Source of the DNA: an uncultured Planctomycetaceae bacterium
GTDB lineage: Bacteria > Planctomycetota > Planctomycetia > Planctomycetales > Planctomycetaceae
NCBI GenBank assembly: GCA_963815195.1
Contig: CAWFGE010000015.1
Coordinates: 672,001-736,000, forward strand
Direction: 5' to 3'
DNA length: 64,000 bases
Shown here: piece by piece, positions 9,768-18,855 of the stretch
Position numbering within the stretch: position 1 is the first letter of the stretch
Layout of the letters: every line of letters begins with the position of its first letter
Position numbers and translations under genes: made by a program
The notes under the pieces: model-generated
The model's database searches: none
Told to the model about the DNA's origin: nothing
The model's input: the letters and a program-made list of their open reading frames with translations, nothing else

Positions 9768-12633
9768 TTAATGTTGAAACCGAAACTCGGCAGAGGTCAA
9801 TAAGGCCCAGGCCATTTCCTGGATCGCCTGGTCTCGATCCGCCTTGCGCAGATTCAAGTAATTCGTCACATCTTGGATTTCTTCTTTCGTGGGCCGGCGG
9901 GTGAGGAGGCTCAAATACAGCTCATCCGCGAATTGGTTGGAATCGGTCATCTTCCGGAGCCGGTCGGTGAGGTTCCCGCCGCTGGGACGCAGCCAGGACA
10001 GCACATCGTTTCCGTTCGCGAAGAACAACGCTTGATCGACGGTCGCGAAAAACTCGTGCTGCGGCTGGCCGGCACTCGCGGCGAACAACGGCAGGAATCG
10101 CCCCACCAGCCCCTTGAGTTTCGATTGCACCGTTTGCTCGATGAACTCCGCCCGCTCCGCCTGTTGCTCCGGCGCGAGTTCCTTCTTCGCGAGGTCGGCG
10201 TGTTGTTTGTTCCACGCGGCGAGAGCCGCGGCTTGCTGCTGCTCCACCTGGCCCACCGCTTCTAAAACGCTCCAAGCGAGTTGCTCGGGCGAGAGGTGTT
10301 CCAGATTCGCCACGCGAAAATGCTTCGTCCAGGTTTCCGCCAATTGGATATCCGTCTGCTCGAACGCGCCCTCGGCTTTCGCAAGTTGGGCTTGCAAGTT
10401 CCTTCTGCCGAGCTTTTAGAGCCGAGGCATTCGCCTGCGATTGCTTGAGCGCGGCTTCGGTTTCTTTGGCCGCCTTTTCGACGCTCGCCAAGTCGGCCGC
10501 GGTTTCCTTGGCCGACGATTCCAACTTCAAAACCTCATCGCCCAACGAGCTTTGTTCCTGGGTTTGAGACTCCCGCGCCGATTGCAACTCTTCCACCACG
10601 GCGGCGAGTTGTTTGTCTTCGGGAAGTTGTTTTTGGGCGGCTTGGACTTGGGCCAAAGCCTCCGCCACCAACCGAGAGGCTTGCGTGTGATTGTTGAGTG
10701 ATTCTTTCTTCGCTGCCAATGATGCCTGCGTTTCGCTGCGAGCTTTTTGAACCGCGGCCAACTGCATTTTCCGCTTCGCCAGTTCATCCACCTGAGTGGC
10801 GGTGTCCGCTTGAGCCGCCGTGAGTTCCGCTTGCAGCGACTGCACCTTCGAACGCTCGGCTTGCAGGTTTTGCGACGTCTCCGCGTAGTCCAACAGCAAC
10901 TTCAACCGCTCCAATTTCCGCCCCGCCGCCTCGGCGGCGAGGAGTGCGGACTTTTTCTTGTCGCGGGCCGCTTGATAGTCGGCCTCCGACTTCTTGGTGG
11001 CCGCTTCAATCTTCGCCAACTCAGCTTGCGTTTGTTGTGATTGCTGCTTCACCTTAGCGAGTTCGGTTTCCGCCGTCTTCGCGGCCGCGGCTTGTTGATC
11101 GAATTCTTTTTGCACCGCGGCGGCTTGATTGACCCACGCCTGCGATTGGGCGCTGACGGCCAACGCAGACTCCGCTAGCGCTTTATCACCCGGCAGTTTT
11201 TGAGTGGCGAGGTTCGCTTGTTTCGCGGCTTCGGCGAGCAGGTTCGCGATCTCTTTTTTGGCCGTGAGATTAGCTTGCAGGTTCGCGAGCGCAGCTTGCG
11301 CTTCCGTGTGTTTCTTCTCGGCCGCGGCGAGTTGGGTTTGGAAAGTTTTCGATTTCTCGGCGAGCGGTTTCGCGGTTTCGCGATGCCTCTTGAGCGTTTC
11401 GTCGAGTTGCTCGATGGGCTTCGTGAAACTCTCCGCTTGTTGCTGATGGCGGGATTGCTCGGCTTCGATCTTGGGAAGCTCTTCGCGGGCGAGGCGGATG
11501 TTTTCCGCGAGCGACTCGGGCATGCGGAACGAACGCTGATAAGTCTTGGACAGCGCGATTTCCTTCAACATACCTTTGGTGTCGAACTTCATCGCCGCGA
11601 ACCGCTTCGCAAGCAAATCCAAAAGCTCCGGCGACGCGGGCGGGTTTTCCGCGTGGTGCAGATCGACCGGATTGACCAGGCCTTGGCCCATCATCACGGC
11701 CCACAGCCGATTGGCGATATTCTTGTTGAAGTAGTCGTTGGTGCCTGCCGTCGCGAGTTCCGCGAACTTTTCCCGCCGGCTGTACTTGGGCACGGGGCGG
11801 ACGTTTTTGGCGGGCTTGACCTGATACTCTTCGCCCTTTTTGAATGTCGGTTCGGCGATTTCCTTTTCTCCGGGAAGCCGGGGCCGGGTCTCGCCTTCGT
11901 AGCCTGTGAACACGGATTTGAACTTCACCACGCCCTCGGCTTTTTCCGCGATGACGGCGGGCTTTTTCTTGTCAGGCTGGAAGATGGAGCTGCGGTCGAG
12001 AAACGCCAGGAGGCCGTAGTATTCCGACTGCTCGTAATCGGAAATCAGCGGGTGGTCGTGGCATTGGGCGCATTCGATGTCGCGGCCGAAGAATACGCGG
12101 GCCGTGTCGCGGGTGACGAGGTTCACCGCCATCTCGTCCCGGTCCATGTAGAACTTGGCCGCCGGCCGCTGTTTCGGATCGACGCCGTCGGCGGCGAGAA
12201 TTTCGCGGGCCAGGACGTTGTAGGGCTTGTTCTGTTTCATGGAGGCGAGCAGAAACGCGTCCCACTCCGCGCTTTTGATGTATTTGTCGCCCCGGCGTTC
12301 CATGAACATGATGTCGAACACCGTCGCCAATCGCCGATCGCAGGCCGGGCTTTGGAGAAGCTCTTCAATCAACTTTTGGCGTTTGTCGGGCGATGGGTCT
12401 TCCAGGAATTTCCGAGCCGCGTCTGCGGAAGGAATCCGACCGGTCAGGTCCAAATAAATCCGACGCAAAAACTCCGCATCGCTCGATTCCGGCGCGGACG
12501 GTCCGAGTTGGGACTTCGCAAGCACGGCGTCGATCTGTTCGTGCAGCGGCTCTTCCGCCGAGATGTTCCCGGCGAAAAGTCCCAGCAAACAAATCACGGC
12601 AATCCAAAGGCGGGAACGGTATGGACACATCAT
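9768..12633 (-). CDS. DUF1549/DUF1553 planctomycete cytochrome-c-like protein with long coiled-coil insert (frameshift near 10400)
   Basis: SSDAEFLRRIYLDLTGRIP, CAQCHDHP (CxxCH), NIANRLWAVMMGQGLVNPVD. The C-terminal part in ORF 9768..10397 ends LYLSLLTRRPT...MAWALLTSAEFRFQH. Confidence 0.9.
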
Positions 12634-12910
12634 GCAGATACCGGCGGGCTAAGGGAGGCGGGAAGGCGGGCAAATCATCAAAACCAACTGATATGTTAGA
12701 GGCTCCATCCGTTCCCCACAAGAGAAACCACGGAAATCAGCGACGATGAATGGAACATCGGATCACGTTTCTGTCAAATCCTAATGTCCAATAAATGACC
12801 AATGCCAAAGCCAATTGGACGGGGCGGATTCGGTTTGCGTAGAATACCCATAGCAGCGCGGCGTTCGTTTGTTGCGTGTCTCGCCTCTCGTTGAACCCAG
12901 GAGAAGAATC

Positions 12911-14382
12911 ATGTCGAGCGCTCTGGAAACGGTTTCGGCCCCGAAAATCAAGCACACGGAATGTTTCATCGATGGCAAGTGGCAGCCCGCCCAAAGCGGC
13001 AAGACCTTCGAGACGATCAACCCCGCCACGGAGGAAGTCCTCGCCAACGTCGCGGAAGGCGATGCCGCGGACGTGGAACTGGCGGTGAAGGCGGCCCGCA
13101 AAGCCTTCGAGGACAGCCCGTGGAGCCGGATGGACGCCCGCGAGCGCGGCCGATTGATGCATCGTCTGGCCGATTTGCTGGAAGAGGAAATTGACGAACT
13201 GGCCGCCCTCGAAACTTTGGACAACGGCAAGCCCGTTAAAGATGCCAGGGCGCCGACTTGCCGCTGACGATCGATTGCCTCAGGTATTACGCGGGGTTTG
13301 CGGATAAGATTCACGGGCAAACGATTCCGGTTCGCGGGAACTATTTCACCTATACCCGGCGGGAACCGGTGGGCGTCGTGGGGCAGATCATTCCCTGGAA
13401 CTTTCCGATGCTGATGGCCGCCTGGAAATGGGGGCCGGCCCTCGCGGCGGGTTGCACGATCGTGATGAAGCCCGCCGAGCAAACGCCGCTGACGTGCCTG
13501 CGCATGGCGCATCTCGCCCAAGAAGCCGGGATTCCCGACGGGGTGATCAATGTTGTTCCCGGTTATGGCCCCACCGCGGGGGCGGCGATCGTGAAACATC
13601 CCGACGTGGATAAGGTCGCCTTCACCGGCGAATACAAGACGGCCCAGATCATCATGCAGGATGCCGCCCCGACGTTAAAACGCTTGACGTTCGAGTTGGG
13701 CGGGAAAAGTCCGAACGTGATCTTCAGCGATGCCGACCTGGACGCCGCCGCGACCGGTTCGCACTTCGGATTGTATTTCAATCAAGGCCAATGCTGCTGT
13801 GCCGGGAGCCGGGTGTTTGTCGAGGAAAAAATCCACGATGCCTTCGTGGAAAAAGTCGCGGGCATGAACCGCCAATGCAAGATCGGCAATCCGCTGGATC
13901 GGCAAACCACACAGGGCCCGCAGGTCGATCAGGCCCAGTTTGACAAGATTCTGAAATACATCGAACTCGGCAAAAAGGAAGGAGCCGAGTGCGTCACTGG
14001 CGGCCGGCGGAGCGGCGAGCGGGGCTACTTTATCGAGCCCACATTGTTTGACAACGTAAGCGATGAAATGTCGATCGCCACGGATGAGATCTTCGGCCCC
14101 GTCATGTCCGTGCTCAAATTCAAGGACGTGGACGAGATGATCCAGCGGGCCAATAACACCTATTACGGTCTGGCCGCCGCCGTGTGGACCCGCGACATCG
14201 CCAAGGCGCACAACTTCGCCAAGAAGGTCAAGGCCGGCACCATCTGGGTGAATTGCTACGATGTGTTCGACGCCGCCGCCCCCTTTGGCGGCTTCAAGAT
14301 GTCGGGCATGGGCCGGGAACTGGGCGAAGAAGGCCTGCGGGCATATACGGAAACCAAGACCGTTACGATTTCGCTCGATTGA
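12911..14382 (+). CDS. NAD(P)-dependent aldehyde dehydrogenase (frameshift near 13250)
   Basis: [50 protein letters not shown] split over two overlapping ORFs. Confidence 0.95.
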
Positions 14383-14517
14383 AACACAGCCGCGTTAAGC
14401 TGCGGAATACAGCCGCCGGTTCGCGAACGTCGAACAGTCCGTAGTTAGGCAAGAAGTCAAGTTTTAATTCGTAACTTACGGTGAATCCAGGACTTACGAT
14501 TTTAACCCTCAAGGAAG

Positions 14518-14572
14518 GTGCAGCACCGAAACGACCCCCGAACTACCCCGCAAAGGGGTAAAGGTGCTGCAC
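14518..14572. repeat. Small inverted-repeat/hairpin element
   Basis: gtgcagcacc...ggtgctgcac enclosing tacccc-gcaaa-ggggta. Confidence 0.5.
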
Positions 14573-14588
14573 TATGTCCAGGCACGGA

Positions 14589-15105
14589 CTACGGTTTGTT
14601 CCGAGAAACTATTTTCTCTGCTTGGCGGCGAAGGATTTCCGGGATTAACCAATCGTGTCGCACGGACTCGCCGCTCAAGAGCGTGCGGCCGTCGAGAGTT
14701 CCTTCGGCCGTCCATGTCAGGCTGCCACCCTTGGCCATATTTTTCTTGAGGTCGTCCAACAGTTTTCGGGCCTCGGATGAATTGCCTTGTAATGCCTTGA
14801 GGAGCGCCTGCACCGACTGGGTACAAGCTGCAGGCGCCGAGTCCGGCGGGTCGCCAGCCTGCTTGAGCAATTGGAACGACTCGTCGGCAGTGCGGTGCCA
14901 GGTCGAAATCGCCCGATCGGCAGGCCGCCCGGGCCTCTTTCAAGAATCGCTGCCGCCGGTCTGGATCAGCAGCCAGCTCCGCCGGCAGGAACTTGACGGC
15001 CGCCTTGCGTTCCAACCGCGTGTCCTCGGCCAGAAACACTTCCCCCATACCGCCCGCGCCAACCTTGGCGACGATGCGATAATGCCCGACCGACTTTCCG
15101 ATCAT
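14589..15105 (-). pseudogene. Ser/Thr kinase remnant: N-lobe joined to an unrelated-frame C-terminal helical fragment
   Basis: [40 protein letters not shown]...RFLKEARAA breaks off near 14925. The downstream fragment ...[17 protein letters not shown] resembles a kinase-TPR tail. Confidence 0.65.
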
Positions 15106-15160
15106 GTTGCTGATTCCTGGGACTCGTCCGAACGAACCGTCCTGAAATGGACACACTAGG

Positions 15161-16063
15161 CTACCTGCGGACTCGCCGATTTTCCAGTCCCGCGCGATTT
15201 TGAATTTGCGAATGGAGTTGGCTAAAAGCGGTCGATATTGTGCAAGCCGAACTCTTTGTCGTACGAACCCACACGGGTGTGGCTGTCGTCGGACCGCCAC
15301 CACGGGATCGCCAAATCCCGTGCCCGACCTTGCGTGCACAGGACGAACCGCCCTGGTGAATCAGTCCCTGCAGATGGGCGGCGGAAAGACCGGCGGCGAT
15401 TTGATGAGCGATGCGGAGGATTTCTTTCAATTCCAGAGGACCATCACGGTCGATCTTTTCTTGGAGCGACAGGCCATCGACGTACTCCATGACCAGATAA
15501 CGAAGGTTCTTTCCCCCTTGATGGCTGCACTCCTCGACGGCATGGATGGTTACGACATGATCATGGCTCACGGCGGCGGCGGCCTGTGCCTCTTTGGAGA
15601 ATCTCGTACGGGCGGTCGCATTCGAGGCCAATTCCGGTGCCAAAATCTTGACCGCGACAATGCGATTCAGCTTGGTATCATGCCCCTTAAGGACAATCCC
15701 CATCCCACCACGCCCCACAGATTCCAAAATCTCATATTGGCCGAGCCGACGTTGAGAGCCTTCTTTTTCCGACGGGGCAAGTAAATCAAGAGGAATCTCG
15801 GGCTTCTCCAAGAACGTCTTGCAATCCTCGGCATTTGGATCAGTGTTGGTGCCGGCGAAAACCTGCGTTGGTACGTCCCCCAACGCAGGACGTTCCAAAA
15901 AACTGCCCGCCTGGTCGTAAGCAAGCAGGAGACCTTCGACCTCGGTCCTCAAATCCAGATCAGGACCACATTCCGCGTCGAGCAATCGGACCCGCTTTTC
16001 TGGACTTTCTAATTCGATGAGGCGGTCGAAAAAAGCTTTGGCAGAATCTTCGCAAGGATTCAT
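15161..16063 (-). pseudogene. Truncated Ser/Thr protein kinase
   Basis: Planctomycete-style N-terminus, GRGGMGIVLKG, VAVK, HDHVVTIHAV, YLVMEYV. Similarity ends at GLIH (~15355), with no HRDxKP, DFG or APE. Confidence 0.8.
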
Positions 16064-16446
16064 GGTCGCTTCCTTTAGTTCGACACGCTTGGTGTGCACC
16101 GTTGAAACTCGGTTCGCGAACGTCGAACCGGCGGCTGTTTCGCTTCCGCTGCGCCGGACACCAAAGCTTGTGGGTGTTGTGCACATCTTTTGCCTCGACC
16201 GATTCCCCAGGCCTCTCGGGAATTCGCCCCACGTCTTCCCGGCACTTGACGGGAATCAGATCGCGGCCCGACCCTGATTTTTTCGGCCCGTGGAGACTCC
16301 TAAACTGACGATAACACCGCACCGAACTTGGTGAATCGCGAATTGTGATCGTGATCCACATGGAGTGAGCACTCTCGGAAATCCGTGATTTTTCCGGACA
16401 AGCCCGCTCCGCCGAATTTTGTTTTACTCGAAGAGACAGGAGAACA

Positions 16447-17205
16447 ATGATGCAAAAACGGACCAACGGATCTCTGTGGCTTGGACTGGCAATGGGAGCC
16501 ATGCTCTTGACGGCAAGTCAAGCCTTCGCTTGTCAAAACGCCAATGATCAGGCTCAAGTCCAGAGCAAACAGAACCAGAACACACCCCAAAACCAAGCCA
16601 ATCAGGCAACGACCCAAAACCAAAACCAGATCCAGCGGGGGCAGTCTGGTTTTCGGGGAACGAACAACCAGGCGACGCCGTGGTTGGGCGTTTTGCTGCA
16701 GGAAAAACAAACAGGTCAAGCCGGCGAACCCGGTCAAAATGAAAATGAACAAGGCGTGCGTGTGCTCCGCACTTACCCCAGTGGCCCCGCCGCCCGCGCG
16801 GGAGTTTTTTCCGGCGACCAAATCCTCCAAATTGACGGCAAAGAGGTGGACTCGGCCGACGACGTCGCCCAGGTGATTTCCTCGGACAAGCCGAATCAGC
16901 AAATCACCCTGACGGTGCTGCGCAACGGCGAACAGCAACAGCTCAACGCGACCTTGGCCGACCGCGGCGATTTCATTCCCAACCAGCCCACGCAAGGCCA
17001 AGGCAACAACCTTGACGACAACAGCCAGGACCATTTCTCCAATGTTCCCGGGCACGCCATGATGCTCGAACAGCACCGCCACTTCGCAGAGCAGCATCAG
17101 CGGATTGAGCAGAAACTCGACCAACTATTGAAGGAAGTGAATCAACTCCAGAAGCGATTGGACCAGGTCCAAGGCCAAGGCCAAACCGAAGGCGCCGAAA
17201 AATAA
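16447..17205 (+). CDS. Secreted PDZ-domain protein with Q/N-rich linkers and C-terminal coiled coil
   Basis: Signal peptide (..TASQAFA); PWLGVLL...GVRVLRTYPSGPAARAGVFSGDQILQIDG...LTVLRNG. Confidence 0.85.
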   Translation: MMQKRTNGSLWLGLAMGAMLLTASQAFACQNANDQAQVQSKQNQNTPQNQANQATTQNQNQIQRGQSGFRGTNNQATPWLGVLLQEKQTGQAGEPGQNENEQGVRVLRTYPSGPAARAGVFSGDQILQIDGKEVDSADDVAQVISSDKPNQQITLTVLRNGEQQQLNATLADRGDFIPNQPTQGQGNNLDDNSQDHFSNVPGHAMMLEQHRHFAEQHQRIEQKLDQLLKEVNQLQKRLDQVQGQGQTEGAEK

Positions 17206-17410
17206 ATTCACCGATCGCCGTCCGCAAATCGATCCTTTGGATCATTCGCTGACATTTAAGCCAGGGTGTTCGGCCCGGAAGCGTTTTCTTTGCGGAACGC
17301 CCAGGAACGCGTCACTGAGCCGCGGAGGACTTTTTCATCTTCCGCGCGCGGTGCGCCGTGTAATCTCGTTTGTTTCAATGGATTCTTATGACGAAAAGGA
17401 GCAGTCGATT

Positions 17411-17929
17411 ATGACGATGTTTTCAGGATTCCGAAATCTGATGCTGTGTGCGGCCGTGGGGGCTTGTGCTTTGATGCCTTCCTCAAAACCGGCGCAGGCA
17501 CAGACCGCGGGAGCTGGCGGAACCGCCGGCGCTGCCACCGCCGGTAGGGCGGCAGATACCGTTGCCAATGCGGCCGCCAATACCGCCGCGAATGCATTGA
17601 CCGGCAGGACGCGTAATAACGGCTACTGGTCGAATTACTGGAACTGGTATGACGGAAGTTACCGTCCTTACTGGAACCGCTCCAGCAACTATAACCCCGG
17701 TTACAGCCCGAACTATCGATACGGCACGGGCTACAACGGCTATAATGGCTTCAACAATATGGGTGCCAATGGTTATAACGGCTATAACGGCTATAACAAC
17801 ATGGGTACCAACGGCTATAATGGCAATATGGGTTATGGGACTGGCTATGGCACCAATGGCTTTGGTTACTATAACACGCCTTACGGTCATAGCGTGCAAC
17901 TCGGCGGCAGGTCGATCAACTGGCGCTAA
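17411..17929 (+). CDS. Secreted Gly/Tyr/Asn-rich low-complexity protein (paralog 1)
   Basis: Signal peptide ending PAQA; GYWSNYWNWYDGSYRPYWNR; NGY repeats; ends SVQLGGRSINWR. Confidence 0.8.
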   Translation: MTMFSGFRNLMLCAAVGACALMPSSKPAQAQTAGAGGTAGAATAGRAADTVANAAANTAANALTGRTRNNGYWSNYWNWYDGSYRPYWNRSSNYNPGYSPNYRYGTGYNGYNGFNNMGANGYNGYNGYNNMGTNGYNGNMGYGTGYGTNGFGYYNTPYGHSVQLGGRSINWR

Positions 17930-18333
17930 AGACCAAGAAAACCACAGCCGTTCCGCGGCGGGCGAAGCCGGAAGCCGCCGTTGGGGTTATGCCCGCGGAG
18001 ATCTCCGCGGGCATGATTTCCCATGACGGCGGTGAATCTCGGCGACTCCAGCCAAGAGGCCACGGTTGACAACGACAATTCCGTATTGCGTGGTGTGTCA
18101 CAGGTCCTAGGCCCACGGGCACGCCGCACCGTTTGTCGCCGCCTATCAATGGGGAGCCGGTCTTCCGAAGCTGGACCCGGTACCGAAGGAATTGGGAGAA
18201 ATTGCGAAAGGAGCCCGTCCAGACAGGAAGCATGGCACATCGAACATGATGGAGTCTTCCGAGGCACGGACTCGCCCCGGATCTGGCAGCGAATTTCCAT
18301 TTCTCTTTCAATTCACTAACGGAGAACCTGACA

Positions 18334-18724
18334 ATGTTATCCTTATTAAGAAAACTGATGCTGATCGCCGTCGTGGGAGCCGGGGCTTTCGCGCTCGCGC
18401 CTCAACCCGCGCAGGCGCGGCTACTGGTCCAACTATTGGAACTGGTACGACGGCACCTACCGCCCCTATTGGAACCGCGGCTATCGCCAGTACGGGTATA
18501 CCTATAACCCGTATTACGGCTACGGCTATGGGAACAACAGCCTATATGGGCGGAGCGGCTATCCGTATTACAACGGTTACAACGGTTACAACAGCTACTA
18601 CGGCTACGGGTCTCCCTATGGCGGCGCGTATTATCCTTACTCCGGCGGGTATTATGGCGGTCATGCTCTCGGGGGGCCCCACAACAGCTTACAGCTTGGC
18701 GGGCTGCACTTTGACTGGCGTTAA
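18334..18724 (+). CDS. Secreted Gly/Tyr-rich low-complexity protein (paralog 2; frameshift near 18418; not in ORF track)
   Basis: GGAGA RBS; MLSLLRKLMLIAVVGAGAFALAPQPAQA, then in the +1 frame GYWSNYWNWYDGTYRPYWNRGY...SLQLGGLHFDWR*. Confidence 0.8.
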
Positions 18725-18789
18725 GCCAGCCCGGGAAATCGCCCTAGAACGCTCAATAAACGGAGAACTGACGCCCATAAAACAACAGA

Positions 18790-18830
18790 GGCCGGCAAAC
18801 CCGCCATCGTGCTCGGTTCGCCGGCCTTTG
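18790..18830. terminator. Hairpin between convergent genes
   Basis: aggccggcaaacc...ggttcgccggcct followed by ttgatgtttt. Confidence 0.45.
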
Positions 18831-18855
18831 ATGTTTTCGGTCGTCAAAACGGGGT

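Noticed and set aside
11200..12699. Long antisense ORFs (also 18862..20319, 22528..24165, 42885..44477, 45057..46793, 48707..50389)
   Set aside because: Antisense frames of well-supported genes, expected in high-GC DNA.
17411..18724. RiPP precursor peptides
   Set aside because: No adjacent modifying enzymes. Sec-type signal peptides and low complexity fit structural proteins better.
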